Positions 31,910-42,204 of a stretch of 64,000 nucleotides of DNA are shown piece after piece. The translations under genes and the position numbers were made by a program. Under the pieces are notes generated by a model. The model did no database searches and was not told the DNA's origin. It saw nothing but the letters and a program-made list of their open reading frames with translations. The DNA comes from an uncultured Verrucomicrobiae bacterium (GTDB lineage Bacteria; Verrucomicrobiota; Verrucomicrobiia; Chthoniobacterales; UBA10450). The stretch covers positions 576,001 through 640,000 of the forward strand of contig CAVYXA010000001.1 of NCBI GenBank assembly GCA_963772365.1. Direction: 5' to 3'. Position 1 is the stretch's first letter; each line of letters starts with the position of its first letter.

Positions 31910-33034
31910 GGTCGGATTGGATCTTTCGCCCATCGCGTTTCGCAGTCGGGCGCCCGGGTCACTGCCGTGCACGTCGAACACCAGGCGCGTGCGCTATTGA
32001 CGATGGATGTTGAATGGGATTGGGTCCTGGTAGCGACGCCCCGCGTTCTCGCCGACAGTCCATTTTTTGGATCATTCGATCCAATCGTCGTCAGCGATGC
32101 GCCGCTCAGTTATCATGTTTTCTGGCGGTTGGGACGATTATGGTCAAAGAGTGGTTGTGTGCTCGGGCTCGCCACGGCGTTCTTTGCTCCCCTACTCGGT
32201 CCGCCCGTTTTAACGAACTACTTCGACGCAAATGCTCTTCATGAAGTCCGTGATGAACGGCACCTTCGCGAGTATCTCAAATCCTTCGTAGTGCGAAATC
32301 TGGTTAGATTTTCGTTAAGGCGCTCCCGAGCGCTATTCATCCTTTCAAATTATGGGCGGTCAAGGATGGTGGAGGCTAACCCAGCCAGTGCTTCAAAGTG
32401 GGTGGTGGCGCCATGCGGCTTGCCACCAGTAGGTCCTTCGCCGGACCGAAGCCCGGAATGGTCGAAACAACTGAAAGGGCCCTTTATCCTTTATGCTGGC
32501 GCTTTTTCTGAAAACAAGAATCAACGGCGTTTAATCGAAGCGTGGGACAAGCTGCGCCGGCAGAATGAAATGTGCCCGAACCTGGTACTTATCGGACCCG
32601 CTCCTGAATCCTATTTGCGAGAAGTAATTCAGCCAGAGCGCACCCGCACGGCTCATCCCGAAGAGGTCATTATCCCTGGGTTTGTTTCAAGCGAAGATCT
32701 CGCATGGGCATTTCGCAAGGCCCACTCCTACATCCAACCCTCCTTCGCCGAAGGTTTTGGATTACCCATCGTGGAAGCAATGAGCTGCGGCACTCCGGTG
32801 GCCTGTTCTGACAGCACGAGTATGCCGGAAGTGGCGGGGAATGCCGCAATCCTTTTCAACCCTGCAAATGTGGAAAGCATCGCTGAAGCAATGGAAATGC
32901 TTGTGTTCGACGAGCAACGACGAACTCAATTGAAGGCAGCCGGGCTCAAGAGAGCGAAGCTCTTTACATGGAAGCGACATGCGGATATTGTCGCGGGCCG
33001 CATTCGGGAAGAACTAAGGCGAATTGCAACGTGA
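31896..33034 (+). CDS. GT4 glycosyltransferase with a probable frameshift near the 5' end
   Basis: MVRPKVGLDLS...APG from ATG 31896 is out of frame with TAVHVEHQ...; indel near GGG at 31956-31958; PSFAEGFGLPIVEAMSCGTPV. Confidence 0.8.
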
Positions 33035-33104
33035 ATAGGGTACGGGATTATCTGGCATCTGCTTAGCTTCCTGCTGGCATTGCCAAACATCGCTTCGGTC
33101 AACT

Positions 33105-34622
33105 ATGGATTTAGCCAGATACCAAATTGCAGGCGAGAAATTGTCCGTCTGGCTCCTGATATTTCTCGGAGCAATCGCCGCAGTTTTCATCGGTTTCATG
33201 ATGGGCGGCAATGCAATTCCCGTTTTTGTCATCTTTTTGACGCTCACCTTTTCGATCGTGTGGATAGCAGGGGCTCGGGAACGTTGGTGGCTTTTGGTAC
33301 CGGCTGCCGGGACTTTAGGTGGATTTTTTTATTTTGGCTTCAAAGTTTATCCTCAGGAAATCGCTCTTTTAGCTTCTGTCGTTCCTGTCGCCTTGATGCT
33401 CGCTTTCCGCGCTGCGCCGGTGCGACTGCACAGGCCAGCATTGCCGATGCTGATGTACATACTCGGCGCATACCTGGTAGCGCATTGGTTTGGCAGCAAT
33501 ATCTACAACTGGAGCGAAGGATCTGCGGGTTACGGAAATGTCGGTCGCGCCTATTTCAATGCGTTCTGGGCAATCTTTTTCGTCATTCTATTTTGGCGCT
33601 ATGGATCGACCAGATACATCGCTGCGGCGTTGCTGCTTTGTTATCTGGCCGCCTTCGCCCGTGTCATCATGGGAATTGTGTTCTATTTGAACGACGCTTT
33701 CGCCTACATCCCGGTTATTAACTACGTTCTCCCGGGCTCGACTTTTAGTCGAAGCGACGATTTGCGATGGTCTGGATTAACGCTGGCCACTTTAGCCATC
33801 TGCTATTTCCTGATTGAGAAGGGAGTCCTGAAGAAAACTTTTCATGCGATTGTTTTCTTTGCCAGTTCTGTCGCGATGCTCTTCGGCTCTGGACGGACTA
33901 CCGTTGTTCTGGTGGCTGTCATGCCACTTTTCGCCGCGATATTGTATCGCAAAATAATTCCCGTATTTGCAACCGCGAGCGTTTTGCTGACGATCGTATT
34001 TTTTGTTAATGCAAGTCCGATCGTACTGAATCCTTTTCCGTACCGAGTTCAGCGCAGCTTGTCGATATTATTGCTTAATCAGGACGAAGCTGAATTCTAC
34101 GGCAAAACAGAGGGCAGCAATGAATGGCATGAGGGGCTTCGAAAAGTCGCCTACTCCAAATGGACACAATCGTGGGCCACAGTCCTCTTCGGGACAGGTA
34201 TTCGGCCCTTCGATGTTACCGTTGGAGAGGCTCGGGAAGGTACCACGATGACAATGGAAGACATGATGTACTCGTCTGCAAAAGTCGGCGCGTATGAATC
34301 TGGCTGGTGGACGGTAATGGCTGTCACCGGCTTGGTGGGGCTTGTTCTTTATGGCAGCGTTCTCATCTACCTTCTTCGCAAGTTGCTTCCAATTTTACTC
34401 AGAGATCGGATTACCGACCACACCCATGCCTTCGCGTTCATGGCCGTCTTTGGAATTGTAATCTGGATCGGCCTGGGATGGACCAACGGTACTTTCCCGA
34501 GCACCGAAATTCTTTTTGGTTTTCTCGCCCTCGCTGGGTTTCAAGATCGAGTAAGAATAACGCGGCAAGAAAACGTTAGCGTACCGATCGCCGCCACGGC
34601 GCAGCCTGCCGGTATACGCTAG
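33105..34622 (+). CDS. O-antigen ligase/polymerase (Wzy-like) membrane protein
   Basis: Many TM segments, SGRT motif, periplasmic loop with LFGTG, then G.VGL. Confidence 0.7.
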   Translation: MDLARYQIAGEKLSVWLLIFLGAIAAVFIGFMMGGNAIPVFVIFLTLTFSIVWIAGARERWWLLVPAAGTLGGFFYFGFKVYPQEIALLASVVPVALMLAFRAAPVRLHRPALPMLMYILGAYLVAHWFGSNIYNWSEGSAGYGNVGRAYFNAFWAIFFVILFWRYGSTRYIAAALLLCYLAAFARVIMGIVFYLNDAFAYIPVINYVLPGSTFSRSDDLRWSGLTLATLAICYFLIEKGVLKKTFHAIVFFASSVAMLFGSGRTTVVLVAVMPLFAAILYRKIIPVFATASVLLTIVFFVNASPIVLNPFPYRVQRSLSILLLNQDEAEFYGKTEGSNEWHEGLRKVAYSKWTQSWATVLFGTGIRPFDVTVGEAREGTTMTMEDMMYSSAKVGAYESGWWTVMAVTGLVGLVLYGSVLIYLLRKLLPILLRDRITDHTHAFAFMAVFGIVIWIGLGWTNGTFPSTEILFGFLALAGFQDRVRITRQENVSVPIAATAQPAGIR

Positions 34623-34656
34623 TTTATAGCCAGCGCACAATCGACGGCTGCCGATA

Positions 34657-35850
34657 ATGAACCATCAGTTTGGCCCTGCATTCCTGACGTCAATATTTTT
34701 GGGTTTGCTGACACCGCAAATCGGTCCCCAAATCACCGCAGCTCCGCACAATCGGGAGATTTGGATTGTTGCTCGTCATGAGGATGCAGATCGCAAGAAA
34801 AAGATCCTCGATGGTTCAACCCAGGAAAGATTCGACTGGAGCATGGATGGTGTCAGGCCAAACACAGTGATTCACCTGGGGCCGGGAGTATTTACTACTC
34901 AGGGGGTCCATTTGAAAAACAATTGGCGAATCCAGGGAAGTGGCAAAGACAAGACGGTTATAAGGCTTGCGAACAGCGTTCCAACCGCAGGAAATCCCCC
35001 ATCAGCCAGCGTTCTCTACAATTTCGACTGGGATGGCTTCTACGATTCTGTCGAGATTTCCGATCTCACGTTGGACTGTAATCGGGAGAATCAGCCATTA
35101 TTCAGGCGGGGCCGTGAGGGTGGCTTGAATGCACTTACGACAGCCACGCGAAATGCAAAAATTACACGAGTGCGAGGCTTGGGAACATGGGCAAATCCGG
35201 GTGAAGGCTTTCCATTCAGCGTGCTTTCATCAGGAAGCAAGGACGGCTCAAATCGGATCGAGATTGACTCGTGCGAAAACCTAAACCCAATCGGTCGATT
35301 GACGGCGATTTCTGCATTCGATCAGACGGGAACCAGAATTAGCGGCTTTATCCGGAATTGCACTGTCATCAATGATCCCGCTGCTGTCGGGTTTGGAGCC
35401 GGTGGATGGAAGAACTTTGATGTGTCGCACAATCAAGCCCGCAATATCGGCGCCGCGATCGTGATCGATACCCACGACTACGAGAACGTGCGCATTCACG
35501 ACAATCACTTTAGTGGCATGAAATCGTACGGCATCCTATACAATGGTAGCGGCCAGTACAACAACATCGTGATTGAAAAGAACTTTATTGAGATGACCGA
35601 ATCGGCGCGTGGCGGCGTGATGACAAACGAAGCAACGGTGAGCACCCGGGTTCAAGGGAATAGAATTATTCAAAACAGCGCTACCTCGCCTGCCGTTTCT
35701 CTCGGCCCGAAAACCAGCGGCATTGTGAGCGACAATATCATCTCTGAGCATATTCGAAGCAATTTACCCAGGACAGGACACATCATCGGGGAAAATAATC
35801 GAGACACTGACGGCCACTTGATCTCTTCGTTGGCGCAAGACGGCAACTAA
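34657..35850 (+). CDS. Secreted right-handed beta-helix protein, paralog of the 25162-27111 N-terminal domain
   Basis: EIWI..R, DGSTQERFD, TVIHLGPGVF.T, NNW.I.G.G.D.T, SDLT.DCN shared with the upstream paralog. Confidence 0.75.
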   Translation: MNHQFGPAFLTSIFLGLLTPQIGPQITAAPHNREIWIVARHEDADRKKKILDGSTQERFDWSMDGVRPNTVIHLGPGVFTTQGVHLKNNWRIQGSGKDKTVIRLANSVPTAGNPPSASVLYNFDWDGFYDSVEISDLTLDCNRENQPLFRRGREGGLNALTTATRNAKITRVRGLGTWANPGEGFPFSVLSSGSKDGSNRIEIDSCENLNPIGRLTAISAFDQTGTRISGFIRNCTVINDPAAVGFGAGGWKNFDVSHNQARNIGAAIVIDTHDYENVRIHDNHFSGMKSYGILYNGSGQYNNIVIEKNFIEMTESARGGVMTNEATVSTRVQGNRIIQNSATSPAVSLGPKTSGIVSDNIISEHIRSNLPRTGHIIGENNRDTDGHLISSLAQDGN

Positions 35851-35865
35851 CAAGGGCAAATAATG

Positions 35866-35894
35866 GAAGTCGGCAGTCGCAGACTGCCGACTTC
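35866..35894. terminator. Perfect hairpin between convergent genes (terminator or small repeat)
   Basis: GAAGTCGGCAGTC-GCA-GACTGCCGACTTC, 13-bp stem; no U-tract. Confidence 0.45.
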
Positions 35895-35949
35895 GAAGAG
35901 ATTCCGGCTGCGCTTGCCCCCAGCAGCTCCATTCGCGAGTTCCTGCTTG

Positions 35950-36924
35950 TCAACCAAGAGTGCTTAGTCTTCGAGCCACAAGTCTTTCGACACGTGCAAT
36001 AAAACTTCGGGTGTGGAGGCGTCCGTTTACTTCGGCAAAATTCTTCCTGATAAGAGGCTGGTACTCGTCGAAATTTTTGAGAATCGATTTGATTTGTCCC
36101 ACTGGATCTCTCCAGTCGACCTGCACGACGGGATTATACTTGAGGAGTTTGTACACCTCCGTGGGTGCCTCGCCGATAATTAGACATTGGGAAGCCATCG
36201 CCTCCAAATAACGCATTGTCAGTGTCGACACGCTTCCAGCGGATTCAGGGTGCGTTACCGACCGCGGAAAACACACGCAGAGCTTTGCGCTCGCCATTCC
36301 CTGCAGCAGTTGCTCGTATGTGGGATAGTTAGGCCGAAAAACGTAATTAATCCCCGCAGAGGCGCATCCAGCAGCTATCTGCTGGTGATATCCAAGATCC
36401 GCTCGGCCAAATGCAAGAATGTCGATGGTACGCTCCGGCCACGGGCGCGCGAAATAAGGGCTCGGATCGATCGACTCCGGAAGCCAGTGGACCTCGCAAT
36501 CAGGAAGCCGGCGTCGGCGAAAATATTGCGTAGCTTGAAAACTCGAAAGCATTAGAAGGTTGACCTTAAGCTCGCGAACCAGCCGTTCAAAGGCATCGAA
36601 TCCAGGCTCCCACGCGTCATAGGTCCAAAGGGCACGGATCTCATAATGTTCGCGAAAATAGGGAAAGCTCTTGCCAAGAAGATAATGTCGATAAGGAAGT
36701 CCCAAGCTGAGAATTGCTCCTTTTCGGCGGACGGAAGCAAGTAGCGGTCGGAGAATGGTGGAAGCAAGGGTGTAAAAACGGGTAGAGATTTTCGCGGGTG
36801 GAAACAGAATTGGCCCATTCACCACCTTCCAACCGCTGTCCCTGGCGCAAATCTCTTCGAGCACTTGCAACAACATGATGTCCATCCGCTTGTCGCGGAA
36901 GCGTGATCTAACCAATGTAATCAT
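35950..36924 (-). CDS. Putative GT-B glycosyltransferase (YkvP/CgeB-like C-terminus)
   Basis: WLPESIDP, IDILAFGR, LTMRYLEAMASQCLIIG. Confidence 0.65.
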   Translation of the reverse strand: MITLVRSRFRDKRMDIMLLQVLEEICARDSGWKVVNGPILFPPAKISTRFYTLASTILRPLLASVRRKGAILSLGLPYRHYLLGKSFPYFREHYEIRALWTYDAWEPGFDAFERLVRELKVNLLMLSSFQATQYFRRRRLPDCEVHWLPESIDPSPYFARPWPERTIDILAFGRADLGYHQQIAAGCASAGINYVFRPNYPTYEQLLQGMASAKLCVCFPRSVTHPESAGSVSTLTMRYLEAMASQCLIIGEAPTEVYKLLKYNPVVQVDWRDPVGQIKSILKNFDEYQPLIRKNFAEVNGRLHTRSFIARVERLVARRLSTLG

Positions 36925-37043
36925 GGCAATGTTGTGCTAAGTGCTCATCGTGGTAGCTGCATTTATAACGATCATGTGCAATTCAGTGCAAATCCCCCAG
37001 CGGCTTCGTTTTTGCTCTGGCCGATGATCAATTCGATGTCCTC

Positions 37044-37785
37044 GTGAATACCGTTCTCAATCTTATTCTCACCCATCAATCCGCATCTGCGATTGACAAA
37101 ATGGTCGAGAATTGGGGTCGGTGCGTTCCAACACAAAGTATTCTGATTGCTCATGGAGGTACGGAAAGCGAATTCGAGGACATCAGGCATAAGCAAAAGT
37201 TCTTTGTCGATGATCCGCGGCTGCGAACACGAGACCATCAGCGCGAGCTACAAAGTTATACTCGGCTTCTTCAGTTAGCCGCTGAATTCTTGGATGCCAC
37301 TCGTGGACAGTTTCAATTTGTTCATTTTGCGGAGTACAGATCATCTCCCCCTGGTTTCCGATTTGAATGAGCGACAGTTGCAACGCTTGAAATCGGAAGG
37401 TGCCGATCTCCTCGGGTTTCACGTGCATCGTGTCGATGACACCAATAATCCGCATTTTCTCTACCACGCCAGGGATCCGAGATTCATGTCATATTGGTCG
37501 AGTATTAGCTGCCGCTCGGAGCCGGAAGTTGTTTTGTCGATGTTCGGCAGCGGCAGTTTCTGGACACTCGAAGCTTTTTATGCTGTTTGCGCTGTCGAAG
37601 AACCATTCCCGATCTACATGGAGCTCTATCTTCCTACCCTCGCTCATCATTTGGGTTTTCGGGTGCGCGACTTTGCCGAGCAAAACCGCTTTGTTCGTTC
37701 ACTCAAGAGCGAGATCTGCGGTATCGATCAAGCCCGACAACAAGGGGCGTGGACTTTGCATCCGGTCAAGCGATTGTGGGACTAG
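37044..37785 (+). pseudogene. Hypothetical, possibly GT-A-like, protein split by a +1 frameshift
   Basis: Removing the A at 37338 gives ...FVHFAEYDHLPLVSDL... and joins ORFs 37044-37370 and 37294-37785. Confidence 0.6.
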
Positions 37786-37794
37786 TTTGGATCT

Positions 37795-37926
37795 CAGAAG
37801 GCAGAGGTCAGAGATCAGAGATCAACCGCCTTCGCAAGGCTACGGCGCGCCAGGGAGGCCCGAAATGCGTGTCCATTCCTGTTCACCTGTCACGCCGCAG
37901 ACTCGCGCGAAGGCGGATTCGTGGTT
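37795..37926. repeat. Composite of heptamer repeats and nested palindromic repeats upstream of MNT-HEPN
   Basis: CAGAAGG CAGAGGT CAGAGAT CAGAGAT; CCGCCTTCGCAAGGCTACGGCG; inverted relative CGCCGCAG...GCGAAGGCGGA inside CGTGTCCATTC...TTCGTGGTT. Confidence 0.65.
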
Positions 37927-37943
37927 AAACTTTGCTTGCGATT

Positions 37944-38468
37944 ATGAGTCAGACCATGGTTGCTGAACAACGGAAGCCCCTTGACCGGCTGGCAGAGTTG
38001 ATTCAGTCGCGTTTGTTAGAAGAGTGCCAGCGCTTTTATGGTGAGCGGCTCGTCTCCCTCGTTCTGTACGGCTCGGTCTCCCGTGGCATATTTTCGCCAC
38101 AATCGGACCTCGATTTTCTGATCGTGGCCGAACCATTCCCAAAAGGACGCATCCCGCGCGTGCGCGAATTTGAGCAGGTAGAGAGACAGCTCGCGGCTGC
38201 TCTGGCGAGTTGTCACGCAGCGGGATGGCATATTCGACTTTCACCCATTTTTAAGACTCCCGCGGAGGCCGAGTTCGGTTCGCCGCTGTTTCTCGATATG
38301 ATCGAAGACGCTCGGGTTCTGTTTGATCGCGATAATTTTTTTGCAGGCAGGTTGGATCGCCTTCGTGCACGTCTTCGAGATTTGGGCGCGCGCCGAATTT
38401 GGAAGAAGAACTACTGGTATTGGGACCTGAAGCCGGACTTCAAACGAGGAGACGTGATTGAGTTGTGA
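37944..38468 (+). CDS. MNT-type nucleotidyltransferase
   Basis: SLVLYGSVSRG....QSDLDFLIV; SPLFLDM..DA.VLFDR..FF; YWDLKPD.K.G.VIEL. Confidence 0.85.
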   Translation: MSQTMVAEQRKPLDRLAELIQSRLLEECQRFYGERLVSLVLYGSVSRGIFSPQSDLDFLIVAEPFPKGRIPRVREFEQVERQLAAALASCHAAGWHIRLSPIFKTPAEAEFGSPLFLDMIEDARVLFDRDNFFAGRLDRLRARLRDLGARRIWKKNYWYWDLKPDFKRGDVIEL

Positions 38469-38872
38469 CAGCTGAATCGCTTGCTCGCAGTTTGATCGGC
38501 CAGGCTCGCCAACGATTGACTTTGTTGCCACACGCAATGGAACTGCTCGCGTGGCATATTGTGATCCGCGAAGCACAGGAATGCATGGAGTTGGCGCTGA
38601 AAGGGCTGCTGCGGGCATGCGCACTTGAGCCGCCAAAGATTCATGATCTTGCAGCTTATCTGCTGGAAAATAGAGAACGTATTCTCCAGGTGCGCACCTC
38701 GCTCGCGGTTACGCGCATGGCAGAAATCTCCAAACGCTGGCGCAGCGAACGGGAGCTTTCGTTTTACGGCGATGTCGATTTTTTGCCTGATGAAAAGTAT
38801 ACCAAAGTGCAAGCCAGCGAAGCGATCCAGGATGCGGCCTTCTGTATCGAGCAAGCCGAAAGCGCATTGTGA
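38465..38872 (+). CDS. HEPN domain protein
   Basis: REAQECMELALKGLLR...EPPKIHD, ERELSFYGD; GTGA overlap with the MNT gene. Confidence 0.85.
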   Translation: MTAESLARSLIGQARQRLTLLPHAMELLAWHIVIREAQECMELALKGLLRACALEPPKIHDLAAYLLENRERILQVRTSLAVTRMAEISKRWRSERELSFYGDVDFLPDEKYTKVQASEAIQDAAFCIEQAESAL

Positions 38873-38903
38873 CTGCTAACGACGAAGTCAACATTCGAGG
38901 CAA

Positions 38904-39176
38904 ATGATCCGTAAGTTTGTTCGGGCGATTGGTTTGAAAGTGGCGCAGACGATCGGCACTCCGCTTGTTGATTACCGGTCAGGTAAGCCACTGGGACGCG
39001 CCCTTATCGTCGTGTGGCGACGCAAGATTCACGTGATCGGTCTTAACACTGCGGTTCGGCCAATGTTTCAGCCGCAAAAACGGCTCACGTATTGGAAACA
39101 GGAAATCGTGTTTACGGAGCATCATGGCCCTGACTTCCCGAATCTGCGGGGAGACCATACCCCGCCGCAAACCTAA
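38904..39176 (+). CDS. Hypothetical protein (90 aa)
   Basis: Clean ORF with ATG and GAGG upstream; no recognised motif. Confidence 0.6.
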   Translation: MIRKFVRAIGLKVAQTIGTPLVDYRSGKPLGRALIVVWRRKIHVIGLNTAVRPMFQPQKRLTYWKQEIVFTEHHGPDFPNLRGDHTPPQT

Positions 39177-39216
39177 TCTGTTGGGTTCGCGGTTAGAATC
39201 TGAATCGCTACGCAGC

Positions 39217-40314
39217 TTATGGATGTGATTCGGAAAGCGCCTCAGCACCGGCGCGCTCGAAATCAGGCGAAAGCACTGATTTCTTAATCCAGTTTGAAAT
39301 GCATTGTTCAAGCTCCGGCCAAATCAACTCCGGCTGTAGCTTCGTTAAACAGAACGGCTCTGGAAATCGGCAGTAGTCAAAGCAAGGCCGATGAGGGCAA
39401 ATATCGCGAATAATGACGTGCTGGTATTCGCTCCAGGGCCGGAATCTTGCCGGATCAGTGGGCCCAAAGATCGCAATCACCGGCGTTGCGCAGGCGGCTG
39501 CGATGTGGGCAGGCGCGCTGTCATTACTGATCAACAGATCGGAGTTCGAAATTACCTCGATCAACTGCTCGAGGCTAAGACTGGCTGATGATTCATCCGC
39601 TAATTTCGCAAGCGATTGACCATACCCGTCGAGATCAGGAACAAGAACGAGACGAAACTGAAACCGCGCGCGTAAATTCCTGATTAGATCGGCAAAATAG
39701 ATTTCAGGCCACCGTCTAACAGGGATGCGAGCACCGACATGCAGGCAGAGAACTGGTAGGCCTTGGTTCGCCCTATCCCGGAAACCCTTCTTGATGGAAC
39801 CACATTTGAGATAAACGCTCGCATTATTGGCGTGGGTGCGACCAGGGACCACATTCTCCGCAATCCCAAGCCAATCCTCCACCACGTGTTGCGTCTCGGA
39901 AGCTTTAAGGGAGTCGGTTAACAAGAACTGACTTCCATACACCCCGAAGCCGATCCGCCTGCGTGCTCCGGACAGCCAAAGCAACACGTGATCCCGGGGA
40001 TCCTTGCGCACGGAAACAGCCAGCTTCGGGCCTAGTGAGCGTAATTTCCCAATTGTGTTAAATAGTGCCCGCCAATTCCACCGCCAGAACTTGTACTTTC
40101 CTCGAAAGACCGTCCAGGGAGCGTCCCATTCAATAAACTCAATGCCCGGAAAAGTCGTAGCCAGAATACCGCGAGCGTGCGGCTTTCCAAGCAAGACTAC
40201 GTCGTACCGGGTTGCGACGCTTCTTAAAAAGGGCGTCGATAAAATTAAGTCCCCAATTCCCCAAAGCTCGACAAGAAGCAACCGGTCTCTGTGAACTGCC
40301 CCTTGTTCCATCAA
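39217..40314 (-). CDS. GT9 glycosyltransferase (heptosyltransferase-like)
   Basis: GIGDLILSTP, RRWP, ISNDSAPAHIAAA..TPVIAIFGPTDP. Confidence 0.88.
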   Translation of the reverse strand: MMEQGAVHRDRLLLVELWGIGDLILSTPFLRSVATRYDVVLLGKPHARGILATTFPGIEFIEWDAPWTVFRGKYKFWRWNWRALFNTIGKLRSLGPKLAVSVRKDPRDHVLLWLSGARRRIGFGVYGSQFLLTDSLKASETQHVVEDWLGIAENVVPGRTHANNASVYLKCGSIKKGFRDRANQGLPVLCLHVGARIPVRRWPEIYFADLIRNLRARFQFRLVLVPDLDGYGQSLAKLADESSASLSLEQLIEVISNSDLLISNDSAPAHIAAACATPVIAIFGPTDPARFRPWSEYQHVIIRDICPHRPCFDYCRFPEPFCLTKLQPELIWPELEQCISNWIKKSVLSPDFERAGAEALSESHP

Positions 40315-41003
40315 AACAGCCGGCTGCCATCGGGACGGGAGAGTTTAGGAACGAGTTTCCGGATAAATTCTTCGACCATCTTTGTTGCGTCCTCCTCACT
40401 GCGACCATAGCGCGTCCATCCCTTTGTCACGTTTGTCACGACGGTGACGTAAGCCCAGCGTTGCGCCTGGCCGTGTAGGATGCGATCACGCAGATCGATT
40501 CCTGTGCGAACCAGGTGAGAACAGGTCATCGCATCGTAACCGATAAACCAATAGTAATTCAGATTGTGCAGAAATTGCCGCGATTTGTCGGGCAAATCGA
40601 CCGGCTGAAAATCGTGGAGCTCTGTCATTTCCAAAGATTTTCCGTCACCCAAATTTACGGTGCGCCTCTCTGATCGCTCTAGAGTCCAGCCCTGGGCTGG
40701 CAAACAACGTTCCGGACGATGGATACTGGTAGCCATGTCGTCACCAGACATCACAATCGAAACGAAAATCTGGTCGCCTTCCGGACTAAAATAAGTTTTG
40801 CGAACAAACTGCGTATCTTTGGCAAGCGCTTCGCGTTCGCGCTGTGTAACCTCAACATCTTCGCCATACCAAGTTCCGACGAAAGCAGGCAGCGTCATGG
40901 CAATTCCAGCTGGAGTAATATTGTTCGAATGTGGCAGCAGGAAGATCGCGCCAAACCCGGCAAGCAAAGCAACCTCGATAGAGAGCAGTCGGCTAGTAAT
41001 CAT
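40311..41003 (-). CDS. epsI: Exosortase-associated EpsI family protein
   Basis: LP..VG.W.G, L..DT...RKTY, IHRPERCLPAQGW, YYWF. Confidence 0.82.
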   Translation of the reverse strand: MITSRLLSIEVALLAGFGAIFLLPHSNNITPAGIAMTLPAFVGTWYGEDVEVTQREREALAKDTQFVRKTYFSPEGDQIFVSIVMSGDDMATSIHRPERCLPAQGWTLERSERRTVNLGDGKSLEMTELHDFQPVDLPDKSRQFLHNLNYYWFIGYDAMTCSHLVRTGIDLRDRILHGQAQRWAYVTVVTNVTKGWTRYGRSEEDATKMVEEFIRKLVPKLSRPDGSRLF

Positions 41004-42006
41004 ACGACACTTTCTCCTTCCTGGCCGCCGCTTGTTTCAATTTCGCCGGTTGCAGGTTCAGTAATTTTCCGAAGAGCACCATCGCGGCGATGGCGAAGGG
41101 AAAAGACAGAAACCCAGAGATTGCATGATAGGGACCGGCGGCCAGATCTTGTCCGAAAAACCGGCCAACCACGAAGATTGAGACGAGACGTCCTGCGTTG
41201 CCGATGATCGCAAACACTATTGCAGCAGCAAAAAGCGCCAGCTTCTTCCAAAGACGATCCTGCGTTAGATGTCCATAGATTGCTGAAAGCATGGCAATGG
41301 CCATGAGCGAACGGATCCCGCTGCATCCTTCGTCCACTTCAAAATGGAAAGCGTTGTCGGCAGCTTGGACCACCGTGCCGACCGAATTCACGTGGATTCC
41401 GATGAAATTGCAGATGGCGGTCGCGATTCCGGTCTCAATAAATTGCAGTTTCAACGTTGCCTGGGTAAGGAAATTCAAAGGCACCATGAACAGCAAAAAG
41501 GCGATAGGAAAAAGCAGGACGCGCGCGACTTTCGTTCCCCAAACATACAGGACGATGCCAAAAAGAAGAAATGGCAGCGCAGTTAGCGCCAGACGGGCCT
41601 GAATCGTCCGGGCGCTTGCAAAGAAGAGGAATAATCCGAAGGCAATGAATAGCCATCCCCATCCGGATGAGCTTAGCGGCGCGCTTTTCAGCTTGTTGCG
41701 ATCGTACCAGACGAGAAAGACAACAATCAGTGGGATCAGCTTGGCATGCTCGTAGTTCGTCTCCGGGTTCCATGCCCGCCAGGCCCAAAGGAACGTGGAC
41801 TCCTTGCCGACCGAGAAAAGTGGGAGAAATCCAAAAAAATAGACAAGCGTTGCCACAATTGTGAACAGCAGCGCGGTCGAGGCAGGATTGGACTTCGCCC
41901 AATCGAAAAGCGGTTGCATCCGGCCAGACATCGATCGTGCCGATTTAGCATCACCGGTGAGGCTGACCGCTTCTCCTACGGAAGTTTTCGATTCTTCAGC
42001 TGCCAT
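40993..42006 (-). CDS. Exosortase (EpsH/XrtA family)
   Basis: YEHA.LIP, FLLFMVP; catalytic triad EGCSGIRS (Cys), N.GR (Arg), YH (His). Confidence 0.88.
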   Translation of the reverse strand: MAAEESKTSVGEAVSLTGDAKSARSMSGRMQPLFDWAKSNPASTALLFTIVATLVYFFGFLPLFSVGKESTFLWAWRAWNPETNYEHAKLIPLIVVFLVWYDRNKLKSAPLSSSGWGWLFIAFGLFLFFASARTIQARLALTALPFLLFGIVLYVWGTKVARVLLFPIAFLLFMVPLNFLTQATLKLQFIETGIATAICNFIGIHVNSVGTVVQAADNAFHFEVDEGCSGIRSLMAIAMLSAIYGHLTQDRLWKKLALFAAAIVFAIIGNAGRLVSIFVVGRFFGQDLAAGPYHAISGFLSFPFAIAAMVLFGKLLNLQPAKLKQAAARKEKVSYDY

Positions 42007-42204
42007 TCAAAACGCCTTCGCCGTAAAACACGATTACCCTAAAGCCCATCAGAAAGAGCGACTATTTTGGCCGAGTTGGGCCGTTCCTGCAACTAATTGT
42101 TTCTCCCGGCTTGCGGAGCATGGCCGCTTCTTCTTCATTTCATGCGCAATGGTAAGATCGACAACGGCATCAAGAAAAGACGCCTGCTTTGATCGGTGGC
42201 AAAA

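Noticed and set aside
27615..37345. Phase-variable simple-sequence tracts at the glycosyltransferase frameshifts
   Set aside because: The runs at the break points are at most 3 nt.
40311..42006. PEP-CTERM substrate next to the exosortase
   Set aside because: No ORF in the window ends in PEP + TM helix + basic tail.
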